DNA from: Amoebophilaceae bacterium
GTDB taxonomy: Bacteria > Bacteroidota > Bacteroidia > Cytophagales > Amoebophilaceae
Assembly (NCBI GenBank): GCA_019744995.1
Contig: JAIETQ010000022.1
Span: 3,543 to 67,542, forward strand
Direction: 5' to 3'
Length of the DNA stretch: 64,000 bases
The notes beneath the pieces were generated by a model. The model made no database searches and had not been told where the DNA came from. It saw nothing but the letters and a program-made list of their open reading frames with translations. The position numbers and the translations under genes were made by a program. This document shows, piece by piece, positions 11,438-22,013 of this stretch (positions are counted from its first letter, which is position 1; each line of letters starts with the position of its first letter).

Positions 11438-12607
11438 TTATGCTCTTTTCTTTTTGTATCGATTATAGGGAATGCCAGAAAGTTCTTGCTTCAGCAGTAT
11501 AAATTCTTTATCAATACCCCCTTGACTAACACTTAATAAAATACCCACTCCAACACCTGAAAATAAAAGAGAAGTCCCCCCCATACTGACAAAAGGCAAA
11601 GGCAAACCGGTTACAGGACCAAGCCCAACAGAAACTGCTATATTTAATAAAGCCTGAAATACAATCAAAAGGCTCACGCCTACCGCCAACAGCCCTCCAT
11701 AATAGCTGGTAGCGGTCAGCAGTAATTGAATGGCTCTATAGAGCAAAATTAAATACATAAGTAAAACAAAAATACCCCCTAAAAGGCCATACTCTTCTAT
11801 TAGAATAGCATAAATAAAGTCTGAATAAGGATGGGGTAAAAAATTACGCTGGGTACTATTACCAGGCCCCTTTCCTGTAAGGCCTCCTGTTGTTATGGCA
11901 ATATAAGCTTGTTCTGTCTGAAAAGAAATATTACCCTTCAAGAAACTATCTATACGACTGGCTGCTGTGCCTCCTCTTTGTCCAAAAGCTAAAGCGCCCG
12001 CTCCTGCTAACAGCCCAAATAGTACAACAATAATAAGGTATTTAATAGGGATTCTACCAATATACATCAGTACCAAACAAGTAAGAAACAACAACATAGC
12101 CCCAGAGAAATTGGTCAATGCAATTAAACTACTAATTAAACCAGACCAACCCAACATGGGTAACCAAGAAAATCTACAACACATATTTTTTTTTTGTTGC
12201 TTAGCCAACAAATGAGCCAGCCGTACTATTAAGGAGAGCTGGGCTAAATCTGAGGGTTGGAAAGATTTGTTAACAAATGGAATATGCAGCCACCGAGACG
12301 CTTCGTTTAATTTTAGTCCATACTTCCATGTTATGATAAGCAGGGGAACAGAAATCCAGAGCAGCCCCTTAGCCATCGGCGCATAATAACGGTAGTCAAT
12401 ATGATGTGCCAGCCACATAGCGCAAAAACTTCCAGCTATAAGCATGGTTTGCCGAAACAGATAGTACTCTGTATTGTAGTGCATTTGTCTATAGGCTAGT
12501 GAACTAGAGGCACTATATACGGTTAAAATACTTAAGCTAGATAACAAAAAAACCACCCCCCATATTAGAGGGTCTCCTTTTAACTTGTTTTGTAAAAAAT
12601 GCTTCAT
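11438..12607 (-). CDS. SEDS-family peptidoglycan polymerase (FtsW/RodA/SpoVE)
   Basis: 389-aa polytopic ORF with the family C-terminal motif GLPLPFVSMGGTSLL. It is not in a dcw cluster, so FtsW versus RodA cannot be decided. Confidence 0.85.
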   Translation of the reverse strand: MKHFLQNKLKGDPLIWGVVFLLSSLSILTVYSASSSLAYRQMHYNTEYYLFRQTMLIAGSFCAMWLAHHIDYRYYAPMAKGLLWISVPLLIITWKYGLKLNEASRWLHIPFVNKSFQPSDLAQLSLIVRLAHLLAKQQKKNMCCRFSWLPMLGWSGLISSLIALTNFSGAMLLFLTCLVLMYIGRIPIKYLIIVVLFGLLAGAGALAFGQRGGTAASRIDSFLKGNISFQTEQAYIAITTGGLTGKGPGNSTQRNFLPHPYSDFIYAILIEEYGLLGGIFVLLMYLILLYRAIQLLLTATSYYGGLLAVGVSLLIVFQALLNIAVSVGLGPVTGLPLPFVSMGGTSLLFSGVGVGILLSVSQGGIDKEFILLKQELSGIPYNRYKKKRA

Positions 12608-12841
12608 AAGGGCTTACCCATAATGGTTGACTACTTACTGAATGTGAGCAAAACAGCACTAAATTAGTATAAATAGCCCTGTTTTACAACAACTGTCATC
12701 CTGTATTCAACTTAATTTAGTAATTTAAGTAGTAATTTAAGGTAAATATTGAATCTTATCAAAGCTACATCAAAGTAAAATACAGCTGACCAAAATATTT
12801 CCTATGTAACTATAACTTTTAAACAAAATAATAAAAATGTT

Positions 12842-14629
12842 TTACTGTAACACTAACCGTAACATAGGTAGTAGTAGCGTCGGAAATACAACAAAAAATT
12901 CCACGCACTCGCCCCTAAAGATCGTGCTGCTGGGAGCTACTGGGCAGACCGGAAAGAAGCTGATCCAAAATGCCCCACTTGCTACTAATGCTTTTACCAT
13001 GCTTGTCGCATAGCATATAGAATTCTTTCCTCTATAATCTAGCTGGTTGATATCAGCTGATGTGGCCTTAGCTAGTAACAGTTGGAAGATCTCTTGATCC
13101 CCTTTTTCAATAGCAATAGATAGAGGATTAACAAGAACCTTTTCCTCTCCACAAATAGGAACATTGAGATCAAGCAATGCTTTTACCATATCTTTATTTC
13201 CTCGTCCTACCGCAACTGACAAAGGGGTTTTTTTGTTATAAGATTTGGATAAACAGTCAGTTAAAAGAGCAGCTAAATCAGATGCTCTAGCCAAGGATTC
13301 GTATGCAGCTTTTACCATATCCAGAACCTGATTACCCGCTTCTTTTTCACACATTAAATGTTGATGGATAGCCATAACAGACAATAAGTCTTCAGTAGTA
13401 TCAGGGTATTCTTTTATGCTATGCCATACAAACTGGAACAATTTGAGGTATGATTTTATCGGTAATGAGGCTACAGATGGCTTAATAGATGACTTAGATG
13501 TAAGCAAGATTCGAAGGGTCTCGTGATGCGATTTAGACAACGCATAATATAAAATGTTTTTTCCATTACTTACGGCATTAATATCAGCTCCTTTTGCTAG
13601 CAATTTACGCACAACCTGATCATGGCCGTTTTCTACTGCATAAGATAGGGGAGTACGACTCTTACTTTTACATGATGCATCTGCTGCTATGCCATAGCGT
13701 AATAATTTTTCTACTAAAGTTGTATAGCCATATGCTGAAAAATGAGATAAAAGCGGTCTGCCATCGACAGTGATGTCATTGAGATCACTAAGATCACTAG
13801 GAGATATGTGATTATTGTCAACATAAGCTTGAACCACTAAACCTAGTATGTATGCATCATCTAAGTGATTTGGAAATTTCACGTTGCAAAGTGTATCTTC
13901 ATTACCTTTATAATCTTTTATAACCTTTAAAACCCATTTATCTATACAATCAGCGCTACCATCAGGAACATTTGATCTACCTTTAGGATCGATTAGAAGC
14001 TGTTTATACTTCAACATCCAAATAAAAATCTCCTTAAGTATACTTTTTAGACCATCATGATTACTTTGATAATATTTTATCAAAATAAATGAATACAAAC
14101 GTTGAAAATAAGGACATAAAGCGTCTAACGGATTACTACTGGCTTTTAAAATCTTATCGACTAACCCTGTAGATTTTTCGAGAGGAAGATAAACCAAAGC
14201 ATAATAAAGTGCATTAAGCTTATATACATCTGTTAGTGTCACATCTGCTCCCCTTTGTATAAGCACATCTGCTATACCTATATCTTGCTTAATTAAGGCG
14301 ATCATCAATGGAGTTTGGTAAAATACTTCATCTCTTATATCAAGGTAAGCACCATAGTCTAATAGAAGTTTTACAACCTCCAAATGACGACATTGTACAG
14401 CTACGATCAATGGAACAATAGAATCCTCTTTGATTCCGCTAAAAAACCCATCCGCCATGGCTATCTTAGGATTAATAATCTCATCCAATACCATACCACC
14501 TGACTTAGGGTCTTCTTTTATTTTTTCTAGCAGTAATCTTACGATGTCATGATTTCCATACGCTAATACGCCTAAAAAATTTGTAGAAAAATCTGATAAG
14601 AGCCAGTTATGGCCTACAGCCATAGACAA
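12842..14629 (-). CDS. ankyrin-repeat protein (aberrant C-terminal tail)
   Basis: Many ANK repeats. The last roughly 55 codons read antisense through a foreign gene remnant (next feature). This gives a non-ANK hydrophobic tail. Confidence 0.75.
   Translation of the reverse strand: MSMAVGHNWLLSDFSTNFLGVLAYGNHDIVRLLLEKIKEDPKSGGMVLDEIINPKIAMADGFFSGIKEDSIVPLIVAVQCRHLEVVKLLLDYGAYLDIRDEVFYQTPLMIALIKQDIGIADVLIQRGADVTLTDVYKLNALYYALVYLPLEKSTGLVDKILKASSNPLDALCPYFQRLYSFILIKYYQSNHDGLKSILKEIFIWMLKYKQLLIDPKGRSNVPDGSADCIDKWVLKVIKDYKGNEDTLCNVKFPNHLDDAYILGLVVQAYVDNNHISPSDLSDLNDITVDGRPLLSHFSAYGYTTLVEKLLRYGIAADASCKSKSRTPLSYAVENGHDQVVRKLLAKGADINAVSNGKNILYYALSKSHHETLRILLTSKSSIKPSVASLPIKSYLKLFQFVWHSIKEYPDTTEDLLSVMAIHQHLMCEKEAGNQVLDMVKAAYESLARASDLAALLTDCLSKSYNKKTPLSVAVGRGNKDMVKALLDLNVPICGEEKVLVNPLSIAIEKGDQEIFQLLLAKATSADINQLDYRGKNSICYATSMVKALVASGAFWISFFPVCPVAPSSTIFRGECVEFFVVFPTLLLPMLRLVLQ
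12918..13013 (+). pseudogene. N-terminal remnant of an NAD(P)-binding Rossmann-fold (NmrA/SDR-like) protein
   Basis: The plus-strand frame reads KIVLLGATGQTGKKLIQNA..., the classic GxxGxxG dinucleotide-binding N-terminus. A stop follows after about 30 codons. GC looks locally elevated. Confidence 0.35.
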
Positions 14630-14855
14630 AAACTAATCCAACTCCAAGACCAAAAAATAGTAATGGGTTGAGCGTTGTTACAATGGTTAAACGTTAGCCA
14701 TAGCTAAATAAAGCTAAAAAACTAAATATAACACAAGTATATTCAATTTTTACCTAAAAAAGCACAGGTAATTAAAAATGCATCCATGTTATAAAATATT
14801 TCTATGAATTTGCCTAAATTGTTGGTAAGTTTTCGAGGTTAAAATACAGACTATT

Positions 14856-17800
14856 TTGAAAAAACAGCTACAATATTTTATTAGAAGCAAAAAATGGTGT
14901 TTGAAGACATTACGTAACCTACTGCTGGGTTTCGTTATGTTGTTGGCGACGGCCACCTTATTGCTTCATATCCCTATAGTACAGCGAAAGTTAATCCATA
15001 ATGCTTTTGATTACTTATATCAAAAAACAGGCTATCAGATTACCTATCATGCCATACGGCTAGATGGATTGTGCACGATTTCTATGCTAGGTTTGGAATT
15101 GAAGGATCGTAACCATCAACCCCTAGTGGTTATGAACGAGTGTAGTGGACACATCAACTTATTAGATTTGCTTTTATTAAAACCAAGTCTCCTTGATGCT
15201 ATTATTGTAAATGGAGCAACCTGTTTTCTAGCAGAAAATGCGCAACAAGATTTAAACATCAACCTATTTTATAATCAAGTTATTGCCCCTTTACTGCCTG
15301 AAGAAAGATCCAATTTTTCTATAAAAAAAATTCAACTGCATGGCATCCAGGTCTATTATCATAATCCATCTGACCCTCCTGCTCAATCCAGAGATAGGTA
15401 TGTAGAGGATATACATTTAAACATAGAAAATTTTGTATCTTCCACCCAACCTACCCATTGTTACGCTGGCCTCATTACGAGATTTTCTTATGGTAAAAGC
15501 AGTCTACTACCTATTGTGTTAGACCATTTAAAAACAGCATTTACCATAACATCCACAGATATCCTCCTCCAAGCCTGTCAGCTAGTTACCCCATACAGCT
15601 GCCTACAGGGGGATTTTAATTTAAAACAGCTTATACCCTTTGCACGATCACTGGCTGCCAAAGAAACTACTGAAGCCATGGAACAGCAAATTAAAAATCT
15701 TCAGCTAGAGGCTGTTTTCAAAGAAACCACCCTATCTTCTATAGAATTAAGCCTTTTTATAGATTTTTTTAAAGAGTTAGATCATCTGTATAGACTGGAT
15801 GGAACCTTCTCTTTAACGCATGATGCTATAGCATGGTCAAACGGTAGATTAAAATGGGGTTCATCCGCTAATTACATAGAAAGTAGCGGAAAAGTGCATA
15901 AAACCGCTGCCCATCTAGCAACTCATATCCACCTCCACAAAGGGAGGGTACAGACAATGGATCTCACGCCTTACTTAAAAGGAAGCGTCCATAAGTTAGT
16001 GCCGTATATAGTCCCATTGGATTACATAGCTATCACAGACCTCCAATTTATGAATGATCACAATAGGGCTACCCTGGTAGGGGGTATCATGACCCATGCA
16101 GGTGGCATCCAAACCCACCTAACTTTAGAAGGAGAAAATATAGAGGCATGGCATTACTATGGTAAAATAAAATTAGACAAACTGGCTCTCTATAAGTTTG
16201 TTCCACATACCTTTGCTCAGACCCTTTCCACAACACTTACGATAAACGGAAAAGGCATCCACCCCCATAGCGCGACTATCGAGGCATTAGCCGATGGGGT
16301 AGAGATAGAAACCACTACAGGTTTCTATAACCATATAACCGCTCAATGTACCTTGGCTAACCATATCCTCTCCTTTGGTTTAAAGAGCCAAGACCCAAGT
16401 GCCGATTTTAATTTAGCAGGAAGTTATAATATAGGTAATCAGAAGGATTTAAAAATAGAGGGCATAGTCAATCAATGCCACCTAGCCTCATTTTTTGCTA
16501 CCCAAGATCCGGTAGCTATCAGTACACAGTTTACATTGACTATGCCGCATATTTTTAAAAAAAAGCAAGCCGGTCAACTGATGTTAAGCCAATGTAACGT
16601 AGCCATGTTTAAAGAAAAAATAAGGCTGAAAACACTTAACATAGAGGTGGTTAACCAAGGAGAACAACAACTATTAACCCTAACTTCTCCTGCGCTAGAT
16701 CTTCAACTAAGCGGTTTGTTTACCATAGATAGCCTACGTGATCACCTCAAACAATTTATAAGACAATTTAAACATCCCGAAGAGCAGTTATCCAGGTTAA
16801 CTAAAATTAACCTAATTTATCGATTAACCTGTAAGGAATTTACCCCCCTAGCCTGTTTTTTTAAGGGGCTATACCTAGCCCCAGCAACCACTTTATTGGG
16901 TCATTTTAATTACCATACCAGCTATGATTTTGCTTTACACCTTCCTAACCCATCAAATATTGGGTTTAAACAGTTTCGTTTCGACCATTTAACGATCGAT
17001 TTGGTGGTTAGTCATTTAAATTTTAATAAAAAGAGAGCTATCCAACTCAATATTTCTTCAAAAGAACAACACTGGCATAAAAAACTCAAAACAGATAATT
17101 GGTTTTTTCAGCTGCTTGTAGATCAAGATAACCTTACGATCATGAATAATCTATCCATTTCAGCCCATAACAGCCACCTAGCTATGACTTGTTCAGGAGA
17201 CTTAGTAGGTGATGCCATACAACTTCATCTATTACCTTCAACTTTTAGCACACCTAACAAAATTTGGAAAATCCAGACCAAACAAACTACCATGCTTACT
17301 AAGGATAGTATAAAGATTGGAGATCTATCCATAACTCATGGTAAGCAATCACTTTTTATTGGAGGAGAACTTACATCCGCTGAAACCACTAATCCGCTAC
17401 ATTGTGTTATAGAAAACTTTGGCTTAAACTTTTTTTCAGCAGCCATAGAAGGGAATCTAGCAGGATTATTTGATGCCAATCTTATCCTCCATCGAAGTGG
17501 AAATAATCTTATGGCAACTGGAAAAGCCTCTATTAAAAAATGTCGTGTTAAAGGTATCCCAATAGGTTCTTTTTATACCACTGCAGATTGGAATGTGGCG
17601 GCAAAAAAATTAAGTATAGAAGCTATGTTGCAGAAAAAAGGCCACTATCCGCTACAAGTATATGGGGATTATTATCCATTAAAAACAAGCAACAGCCTAA
17701 ACCTTACTGCACTTTTGAATACCATGGATCTCTCTTTTTTAGATGTGCTAGTAGCACCTACTTTCTCAAAAATAAAAGGAACGCTAAGTGGAAAATTTAT

Positions 17801-19214
17801 GCTAACGGGTACTAGAGCTGATCCTCAACTCAATGGAAGAGGCATCATAGATCAAGGTCAGCTACAAATCGATTATATAAATACCTTATACCAAGTTAAG
17901 GGGGTGATAGAAGCCAAGAAAAACCGATTACACCTGAGCGATTGCCATTGGATGGATCATCAAAATGGCTCAGCCACCTTAACTGGTTCTATGGTATTAG
18001 AAAAAGGATTTCCGTTGATGCTTTCTGGTAGGGTAGAAGATTTGCATCTACTTCATACCACAGTTGAGGAAAATAGTGATTTTTATGGTTCTATATATGC
18101 TACAGGGACCCTGCAATTAGAAGGGCCTATCAAGGATTTGGTTTTAAAAGCAAACTTAACCGCCAACAGAGGGCGATTTACCATTATTTCAGATGATAGA
18201 GCCTACCTAGATGATGCTTCTGTATTGGTCCGTTTTATAGACAAAACCCATCAAAAGCCATTGCCTCATTATACCCCTGAAACAGTTTCAAAAGATGCCA
18301 CAAACTTCAATTTTTTACTTAATTTGACCATATTACCCGTGGTTAAAACCATAGTATTATGGGGGTCCTACAATAGTAAAGATGTTATTAAAGGTTATGG
18401 CAGTGGTATGGTTCAACTAGAAGTAGGTACCAATCGCAAACCCTATATCATGGGTAATTATGTCTTTAATCGGGGCACTTTTATTGTTTCTGTCTACAAT
18501 TTGATTCAAAAGAAATTTACTATTATAAAAAATAGTCAAATCGCTTTTAATGGGTACCCACAAGAAGGTATCGTCCATATTGAAGCCTCGTACACCCAAA
18601 TGGCATCCGTTAAGGAATTAACAGACGAAAATATTCGACCTATTCCGGTAGAAATCGTCCTTACGGCACATGGCGTATTAGCCACCCCTCATATTGACTA
18701 TAGACTTGTATTTCCAGAAAAAAGCACCCATTATCCATTAAATACTAAGTTAGAAACGTGCATGGCAAAAACTTTATTGGATAAAAGTTATCTCAATAAG
18801 CAAATTTTAAGTTTATTGGTAGCTAAAAGATTGTATAACGACAGTGAAATTGATGGTTGGAATGCCATAAGAACCAGTTTGAATGATTTTTTTTCTCAAA
18901 AAATCCAAGGTTGGTTATCAAAAATAGATCAAAATTTAGAAATAGAGACAGATTTTGATATCGGTTATGGAAAACCGCAGCAGGGAGAGTCGCTGAAAAA
19001 AACAAGTATCAAAGTTATTTATAAAACTTTATCAGGACGTCTTAAGCTTTCTAGTACTTTTAGTGAATCTTCTACCTTGCTTAATGATTGGGAAATCTGT
19101 TATACCATTTCAAAAGCAGATGGTATAAGCGCCAAAGTATACCATCAACCTTTCGATCGACAGCCCTCTTTGTTGGGTCTAGGTTTTGTCTATACGAGAA
19201 CATTTAGAAAGTGA
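14856..19214 (+). CDS. TamB-like translocation and assembly module protein (DUF490 family, putative)
   Basis: 1452 aa with a TTG start and one N-terminal TM anchor. The long beta-rich body and C-terminal region fit the TamB/AsmA-like style. Assigned by size and architecture only. Confidence 0.55.
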   Translation: MKKQLQYFIRSKKWCLKTLRNLLLGFVMLLATATLLLHIPIVQRKLIHNAFDYLYQKTGYQITYHAIRLDGLCTISMLGLELKDRNHQPLVVMNECSGHINLLDLLLLKPSLLDAIIVNGATCFLAENAQQDLNINLFYNQVIAPLLPEERSNFSIKKIQLHGIQVYYHNPSDPPAQSRDRYVEDIHLNIENFVSSTQPTHCYAGLITRFSYGKSSLLPIVLDHLKTAFTITSTDILLQACQLVTPYSCLQGDFNLKQLIPFARSLAAKETTEAMEQQIKNLQLEAVFKETTLSSIELSLFIDFFKELDHLYRLDGTFSLTHDAIAWSNGRLKWGSSANYIESSGKVHKTAAHLATHIHLHKGRVQTMDLTPYLKGSVHKLVPYIVPLDYIAITDLQFMNDHNRATLVGGIMTHAGGIQTHLTLEGENIEAWHYYGKIKLDKLALYKFVPHTFAQTLSTTLTINGKGIHPHSATIEALADGVEIETTTGFYNHITAQCTLANHILSFGLKSQDPSADFNLAGSYNIGNQKDLKIEGIVNQCHLASFFATQDPVAISTQFTLTMPHIFKKKQAGQLMLSQCNVAMFKEKIRLKTLNIEVVNQGEQQLLTLTSPALDLQLSGLFTIDSLRDHLKQFIRQFKHPEEQLSRLTKINLIYRLTCKEFTPLACFFKGLYLAPATTLLGHFNYHTSYDFALHLPNPSNIGFKQFRFDHLTIDLVVSHLNFNKKRAIQLNISSKEQHWHKKLKTDNWFFQLLVDQDNLTIMNNLSISAHNSHLAMTCSGDLVGDAIQLHLLPSTFSTPNKIWKIQTKQTTMLTKDSIKIGDLSITHGKQSLFIGGELTSAETTNPLHCVIENFGLNFFSAAIEGNLAGLFDANLILHRSGNNLMATGKASIKKCRVKGIPIGSFYTTADWNVAAKKLSIEAMLQKKGHYPLQVYGDYYPLKTSNSLNLTALLNTMDLSFLDVLVAPTFSKIKGTLSGKFMLTGTRADPQLNGRGIIDQGQLQIDYINTLYQVKGVIEAKKNRLHLSDCHWMDHQNGSATLTGSMVLEKGFPLMLSGRVEDLHLLHTTVEENSDFYGSIYATGTLQLEGPIKDLVLKANLTANRGRFTIISDDRAYLDDASVLVRFIDKTHQKPLPHYTPETVSKDATNFNFLLNLTILPVVKTIVLWGSYNSKDVIKGYGSGMVQLEVGTNRKPYIMGNYVFNRGTFIVSVYNLIQKKFTIIKNSQIAFNGYPQEGIVHIEASYTQMASVKELTDENIRPIPVEIVLTAHGVLATPHIDYRLVFPEKSTHYPLNTKLETCMAKTLLDKSYLNKQILSLLVAKRLYNDSEIDGWNAIRTSLNDFFSQKIQGWLSKIDQNLEIETDFDIGYGKPQQGESLKKTSIKVIYKTLSGRLKLSSTFSESSTLLNDWEICYTISKADGISAKVYHQPFDRQPSLLGLGFVYTRTFRK

Positions 19215-19318
19215 AGTTACATTGTAAATAATTTTTAATAAATTGTGGGGTGATGCACTGTTAGGTGGTAAGGCATAGCATCTCTTTTCGTTAATGATAC
19301 CATATATTCTTATTCAGC

Positions 19319-20623
19319 ATGTCAAAAATTATTGCAGGTCTTGACATAGGTACGAGTAAAATTTCTATAGTTATAGGTACACAAAGCCAATATGATAGCA
19401 ATAAGCTTGAAGTATTAGGGATAGGCCAAGCCGTTGCAGAGGGTATCGTGCGTGGCATGATTGTAAATGTTGATAAAGCCGCTTTTGCTATCAAGCAAGC
19501 GTTACAAGCCGCAGAAGAAGATTCTGGGATCAACATTAATGTGGTTAACGTTGACATCTCTGGGAAGCATCTTGTAGGCACCTGTCATCATGGTAGCATT
19601 ACTAGAGATGCGATAGAAGAAGAAATTACCGTAAAAGATATTCATAAATTGACCAAAGATATGTATCGGATTGTAACACCACCCGGTACAGAAATGATTC
19701 ATGCTATGCCACAAGAGTATACCATAGACTACGACATTGTGACACAAGATCCAGTAGGTATGTCTGGTGTAAAATTGGAGGCCAATTTTCATATTATTAC
19801 GGCTAAAACACATGCCATTCAGCACATACATAAATGTATCAAGAAAGCTGGCGTAGAAGCAGAAGTGGTTATGGCTTCTTCTTTAGCTGCGGGTTTAGCG
19901 GTATTAAGTGAGGAAGAAAAGAAGGCGGGTATTTGTTTAATTGATTTTGGTGCAAGCCTAATTAATTTGGTGATCTTCATTGATTCTATCATTCGGTATA
20001 CGGCTACCATTCCCTTGGGCGGCAGTAACATTACCACTGATATACAGCAAGGTTGTATGGTCATGGATCATCAAGCGGAGTCATTAAAAGTAAAATTTGG
20101 CAGTCTGGAGCCTAAAGCATATACTACACAAGCATTGGTAACGGTTCCTGGTTTACGCAATCGTACATCCAAAGAAATACTTACCAATAATTTGGCGCTT
20201 ATCATTGGCGCACGTGTAGAGGAAATAGCTACATTTACACAAGAAGAGATTTTACGTTCTGGTTTCTATGAGAAATTAGTTGCAGGCATTGTAGTAACAG
20301 GAGGAAGTGCTAATCTAGTAGGCATCAGGGAGTTTTTTCAAAAGTGTATTGGGCTAGATACCCGTATAGGTACACCAGATGAGTATATAGAGCAGGGTAG
20401 TAGTAAAGCATTATCCAACCCAATGTATGCCAGTGCGGTTGGTTTAGCTTTGGCTGGATTTAAGACACTAGATTATAGAGAAGCCTATTATAAAATGACC
20501 CAAGCCAATGATTTAGATGTGTCTAAGAAGAATGTAAAAAAAGAGAAAAAAAGCAGTTTTTCTTTTGCACAGATTATCACAAAGACTAGATCATTTTTGG
20601 TAGATGATTATGATGATAAATAA
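19319..20623 (+). CDS. ftsA: cell division protein FtsA
   Basis: 434-aa actin-fold ATPase (GLDIGTSKI, VVTGGSA). Immediately upstream of ftsZ. Confidence 0.9.
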   Translation: MSKIIAGLDIGTSKISIVIGTQSQYDSNKLEVLGIGQAVAEGIVRGMIVNVDKAAFAIKQALQAAEEDSGININVVNVDISGKHLVGTCHHGSITRDAIEEEITVKDIHKLTKDMYRIVTPPGTEMIHAMPQEYTIDYDIVTQDPVGMSGVKLEANFHIITAKTHAIQHIHKCIKKAGVEAEVVMASSLAAGLAVLSEEEKKAGICLIDFGASLINLVIFIDSIIRYTATIPLGGSNITTDIQQGCMVMDHQAESLKVKFGSLEPKAYTTQALVTVPGLRNRTSKEILTNNLALIIGARVEEIATFTQEEILRSGFYEKLVAGIVVTGGSANLVGIREFFQKCIGLDTRIGTPDEYIEQGSSKALSNPMYASAVGLALAGFKTLDYREAYYKMTQANDLDVSKKNVKKEKKSSFSFAQIITKTRSFLVDDYDDK

Positions 20624-21929
20624 TAATATGAAAGATATCACCTATAAATTTGACTTACCTACACACCATAAGGCTATCATAAAAGTAATAGGTGTAGGAG
20701 GTGGAGGGAGTAATGCGGTTAACAACATGTATAAACGTGGCATAAAAGATGTCTCGTTTATAGTCTGTAATACAGATGCTCAGGCACTGCAAACTAGCCC
20801 TATACAAAATAAATTGCAGATTGGTGCAGCACTTACCGGTGGGCTGGGCGCGGGTGCCAATCCAGAGGTAGGTCGAAATGCTGCATTAGAAAGTAAAGAA
20901 AGCATTAGAGAATTATTAAGTGATGATACAAAAATGCTTTTTGTTACAGCAGGAATGGGAGGGGGAACAGGTACCGGTGCAGCTCCTGTTATTGCTGGTA
21001 TAGCCCGTAAGCAAAATATTCTAACTGTTGGCATTGTAACCCTTCCCTTTTCATTTGAAGGCAAAAAAAAACTTTTACAGGCACAAAGTGGCATCAACGA
21101 ATTACGTAAGCATTGTGATACCGTACTCATCATCTTAAATGATAAAATCCAAGCTACATTGGGAGGACTTTCCATCAGTAAAGCTTTTCTAGAAGCAGAT
21201 AATGTGCTTACAACGGCTGCTAAAAGTATTGCCGAAATTATCACCGTGCCGGGGTATGTCAATGTAGATTTTGAAGATGTAAAAACAGTCGTGCAAAATG
21301 CTGGAGCTGCGGTTATGGGGTCCGGTGAAGCAGAAGGGGAGGATCGGGCACTACATGCCGCTGAATTAGCACTAGCCTCTCCCCTATTGGATAATAATGA
21401 AATTCAGGGGGCAAAAAAAATTCTTTTATCTATTGTTTCTAGTCAAGAGGCTGAACTACAGATGGATGAACTAACGATTATCACCAATTATATCAAAGGA
21501 AAAACTGGAAATGAGTCGGAAATGATTTTTGGTCATGGGTCAGATCCAGCCTTATTGGAAAAAATCCGGGTCACCGTTATTGCAACAGGATTTGATAAAG
21601 GGGAAGTAAACCAAGCTATTTTTGATCGGCTAGAAGAAAAAGTAGAAGCTGATAAGGCAGAAAAAAATACAGATACCAATTATGCTATACAATTACCGTT
21701 ACCTTTTTATGCGGTTCAAGAAAACAATCAACCCAAGCATACGCCCTTGTTACATACCGTAAGTAGGCAGCAAAAAGAACGCATAGAACAAAACATGTGG
21801 AATGATCGCTACATCAAAGAACAGTTAGAAATACCTACTTATCTTAGGAAGAAAATAAATTTATCTATGCCAGCTGTTGATGAAGAGCAACAACGTGCAA
21901 TGGTTCGTTATCAACTGTATGGAGATTAA
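20604..21929 (+). CDS. ftsZ: cell division protein FtsZ
   Basis: Tubulin signature GGGTGTGAAPVIA and GVGGGGSNAVN. The likely true start is ATG 20628 (MKDITYKF...). Confidence 0.95.
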   Translation: MIMMINNNMKDITYKFDLPTHHKAIIKVIGVGGGGSNAVNNMYKRGIKDVSFIVCNTDAQALQTSPIQNKLQIGAALTGGLGAGANPEVGRNAALESKESIRELLSDDTKMLFVTAGMGGGTGTGAAPVIAGIARKQNILTVGIVTLPFSFEGKKKLLQAQSGINELRKHCDTVLIILNDKIQATLGGLSISKAFLEADNVLTTAAKSIAEIITVPGYVNVDFEDVKTVVQNAGAAVMGSGEAEGEDRALHAAELALASPLLDNNEIQGAKKILLSIVSSQEAELQMDELTIITNYIKGKTGNESEMIFGHGSDPALLEKIRVTVIATGFDKGEVNQAIFDRLEEKVEADKAEKNTDTNYAIQLPLPFYAVQENNQPKHTPLLHTVSRQQKERIEQNMWNDRYIKEQLEIPTYLRKKINLSMPAVDEEQQRAMVRYQLYGD

Positions 21930-22013
21930 TACCGCTTAAAAAATAGCTAATACTTGAAAATTTGAAAATTTCCAATAAAAAGCTTATATTAGGTAAATTT
22001 TTGTTTTTTATAG

